Source of the DNA: a virus
Taxonomy: Duplodnaviria; Heunggongvirae; Uroviricota; Caudoviricetes
Virus record (IMG/VR): IMGVR_UViG_2690316241_000009
Length of the DNA: 38,984 nucleotides
Direction: 5' to 3' (one strand)
Shown: positions 36,949 to 38,984 of the stretch, in pieces
Layout of the letters: each line of letters starts with the position of its first letter
Position numbering within the stretch: the stretch's first letter is position 1
Notes under the pieces: model-generated
Told to the model about the DNA's origin: nothing
What the model saw: the letters and a program-made list of their open reading frames with translations, nothing else
Database searches by the model: none
Made by a program: the position numbers and the translations under genes

Positions 36949-37155
36949 TCACCCGATAAACCAGATAACAAACGCTATAAACATCGCCCCAATAGCTGCC
37001 GGGAAAAGTCCTTTGGTATAAGCGGCGATATATTCAATGCTGAGTTCAATAAAGCGTTCTTCATGTCCCGTTAACTTGCGAAACAAATAGATCTCTATTA
37101 CGCCTATCTCAATAAAAACAAGGGTCAGAATGGCGCTGATGATATGGCTGGTCAT
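36949..37155 (-). CDS. Small membrane protein (68 aa)
   Basis: Two hydrophobic helices; lies immediately downstream of cox on the same strand. Confidence 0.5.
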   Translation of the reverse strand: MTSHIISAILTLVFIEIGVIEIYLFRKLTGHEERFIELSIEYIAAYTKGLFPAAIGAMFIAFVIWFIG

Positions 37156-37161
37156 TTATGA

Positions 37162-37449
37162 CTAAAGTCCCAGCCACAACAACCATGCGTCGCGGCGTTC
37201 TTTCGGTTGCTCAAAAAACGCTTTGCGCATGCCTTCGTTAAATGCTGGCAGATATACCCAGTTTTCTGATGCACGCGTCTTTACTGAACCTGGTTTCACA
37301 AAGTCAATTGTCGGTAGCTTTGCTGCGTCAATCATGGTTCTGACTGTGGATTCCTTGCGGCCGATCATCTTGGCGAATAGTTGATATGGCACCGCTTCAA
37401 GTGGATATGGTGCTACCTGAATGAACCCCCCAAGCTCTGATTCGCTCAT
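37162..37449 (-). CDS. cox: Cox excisionase / early-promoter regulator
   Basis: Matches P2 Cox (PYQ.FAK.IGK, ..R.MID..KLP.ID, WVYLPA.N.G, WL.WLGL). Confidence 0.85.
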   Translation of the reverse strand: MSESELGGFIQVAPYPLEAVPYQLFAKMIGRKESTVRTMIDAAKLPTIDFVKPGSVKTRASENWVYLPAFNEGMRKAFFEQPKERRDAWLLWLGL

Positions 37450-37562
37450 TGTGGTAATCTCCCTAATTCGTTCGAATGGCTCAAAATGGCTTATATCGGC
37501 TTATTTGAGTGTTTTTATGTTTGTGCCCGATGTGGCATGTTGCGATGGAGGATATGCCCGAT
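37450..37562. promoter_or_regulatory. cox/C divergent promoter and operator (lysogeny switch) region
   Basis: Intergenic region between divergent cox and C. Contains direct repeats gaATGGCTcaaaATGGCTtat and CGATGTGGCAT / CGATATGGCAT. Confidence 0.55.
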
Positions 37563-37883
37563 ATGGCATCTTTGTCAAGCATGGGTGAAAAATTTCGCCT
37601 GATTCGTGAAGCAGAAGGTATGACCCGCCAGGAGTTTGCGGATTGTGTTGGGCTGCCTTATGGGACGGTAACTAACTATGAGGTGAGGGGGAAGCAAGTA
37701 ACAGAGGGTGCCTTACTTAAGGTTACGAAACACCCTAAATTTAAGAAGTATGCTTATTGGTTATCAACAGATGAAACGATGCCGGAGGTCGGGCAAATTT
37801 CTCCGGCTCTCTCTCTTGATGGTTCCTGCAATTCGGAGGGAGATCGCGTTTCAACCGAAACAATCCAAAAATTATCCCGCTGA
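37563..37883 (+). CDS. C: Immunity repressor C
   Basis: The region EKFRLIREAEGMTRQEFADCVGLPYGTV aligns with P2 C (EKIVLMRKSEYLSRQQLADLTGVPYGTL). Start taken at MASLSS; the ORF track extends to 37509. Confidence 0.8.
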   Translation: MASLSSMGEKFRLIREAEGMTRQEFADCVGLPYGTVTNYEVRGKQVTEGALLKVTKHPKFKKYAYWLSTDETMPEVGQISPALSLDGSCNSEGDRVSTETIQKLSR

Positions 37884-37979
37884 GGCCAGAAAACTGGTTA
37901 GACCTGCTTTTTGTCTGGTCTGATTATTGCTGGAAAGAGGCTGGAGAAATTGTAGAGCGGTTCATTGGAGGGCTTCGTA

Positions 37980-38984
37980 ATGTCGATTAAGAAGCTCGAA
38001 GATGGTCGTTATTTGCTGGACATCAGGCCGAACGGACGCAAGGGAAAGCGCGTGCGTAAGGTATTTGACAAAAAATCGGTAGCGGTGGCCACTGAACGCT
38101 ACATCATGGCGAACGCTGAAAAGCGGGAATATATACAGGGCTACCGTGATCGTCGAACGCTAAATGATTTGCTTGAGTTGTGGTGGATGTATCACGGCCA
38201 GCACAGGCGTAAGGCGGAAGAAGACCGAAAACAACTGCGCAACATAATTAATGAGCTTGGCGCTGATATGCAGGCTGTGGATCTTGATAAGCTGAAAATT
38301 ATCGCGTGGCGTTCTCAAAAGATAGCTGAAGGATTGAAACCGTCATCTGCTAACAGGTACATGAATCGGTTATCCGGAATGTTTACCGTGCTGAAAAAAA
38401 TAGGTCTTTGGGATGCAGAACATCCAGTAAGGGGAATTTCTATTCTTTATGTATCTCCACGAGAAATGGCGTTCCTGTCACAGAAGGAAGTGGCGCTATT
38501 GCTCGATACACTGGAGGGCGACTACTGGCGTGTTGCGCTTTTGTGTTTAAGCACAGGGGCGCGCTGGAGTGAAGCCTGTAAGCTTCGTGGTGAACAGATA
38601 GTTCATAACCGTGTAACGTTTCTTGAAACCAAAAATGGCCGGAAGAGAACAGTGCCAGTTTCGCAGGCAGTTTGTGAGGCGATCAAAACCAGAGAAACAG
38701 GCAGCTTGTTTGAGGTGAAGTACCGGGAATTCTGCCTGGCGCTGAAAAGAGTTAAGCCCGATTTACCAAAAGGCCAGGCTGCACATGTGCTGCGGCATAC
38801 GTTCGCCAGCCATTTTGTGATGAACGGAGGAAACATTATTGCGCTTCAGAAGATTCTTGGTCACGCAACCATTCAGCAAACAATGGCATATGCGCATTTT
38901 GCACCGGATTACCTGCAGGATGCGGTGGCCCTTAATCCGCTGAAAGGTGGCGTAAGTGTCCACGCAGTGTCCACGGGGGATTAA
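37980..38984 (+). CDS. int: Tyrosine integrase (P2 Int family)
   Basis: MSIKKLEDGRYLLDIRPNGRKGKRVRKVFDKK matches the P2 Int N-terminus; C-terminal LSTGARWSEA, HVLRHTFASH and YAHFAPDYLQDA motifs. Stop codon is the last three bases of the window. Confidence 0.9.
   Translation: MSIKKLEDGRYLLDIRPNGRKGKRVRKVFDKKSVAVATERYIMANAEKREYIQGYRDRRTLNDLLELWWMYHGQHRRKAEEDRKQLRNIINELGADMQAVDLDKLKIIAWRSQKIAEGLKPSSANRYMNRLSGMFTVLKKIGLWDAEHPVRGISILYVSPREMAFLSQKEVALLLDTLEGDYWRVALLCLSTGARWSEACKLRGEQIVHNRVTFLETKNGRKRTVPVSQAVCEAIKTRETGSLFEVKYREFCLALKRVKPDLPKGQAAHVLRHTFASHFVMNGGNIIALQKILGHATIQQTMAYAHFAPDYLQDAVALNPLKGGVSVHAVSTGD

Larger units (their letters stand above)
3087..38984. mobile_element. P2-like prophage, ends not defined in the window
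   Basis: Contiguous P2 late, lysis, head, replication and lysogeny modules from ogr to int. int is transcribed outward at the window edge, so its att site lies beyond 38,984. The left boundary near ogr/hok is unresolved. Confidence 0.85.

Noticed and set aside
1-38984. CRISPR arrays, tRNA or tmRNA genes as an integration target
   Set aside because: No regularly spaced short direct repeats and no tRNA-like sequences were seen by eye. The int-proximal att site, where a tRNA or tmRNA 3' end would be expected, lies beyond the window end.

Overview
The window is the edge of an enterobacterial chromosome (flk, then a small AT-rich islet and a hok-like toxin) followed by an almost complete P2-like (Peduovirus-type) prophage running from ogr (~3.1 kb) to the integrase at the window end (38,984). 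Neither attachment site is visible; the int-side one lies beyond the window. All calls come from reading the ORF translations and the DNA by eye; no searches were run, so family assignments are recollection-based. The prophage carries recognisable late genes (D, FI, FII, E/E', T, U, H, G-like tfa, I, J, W, V, S, R, lysis cassette, X, L, M, N, O, P, Q), replication gene A, and the cox/C/int switch. Three accessory loci stand out. (1) At the cos-proximal position where P2 has old/tin, an AT-rich two-gene operon encodes a Dam-family N6-adenine methyltransferase and an OLD-like ABC ATPase with a probable TOPRIM domain; this is the strongest candidate for an undescribed restriction-like defence module. 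(2) Between ogr and D sits an AT-rich 340-aa orphan protein with a C-terminal R-x4-H (HEPN-like) motif, a candidate abortive-infection gene. (3) At the Z/fun position there is a Hin/Gin-type invertase beside a ~3 kb invertible segment bounded by 26-bp gix-like inverted repeats, which swaps the tail-fibre C-terminus and its chaperone in frame. The FI-FII-E-T-U block is inverted relative to the canonical P2 gene order. No tRNA, rRNA or CRISPR array was seen.
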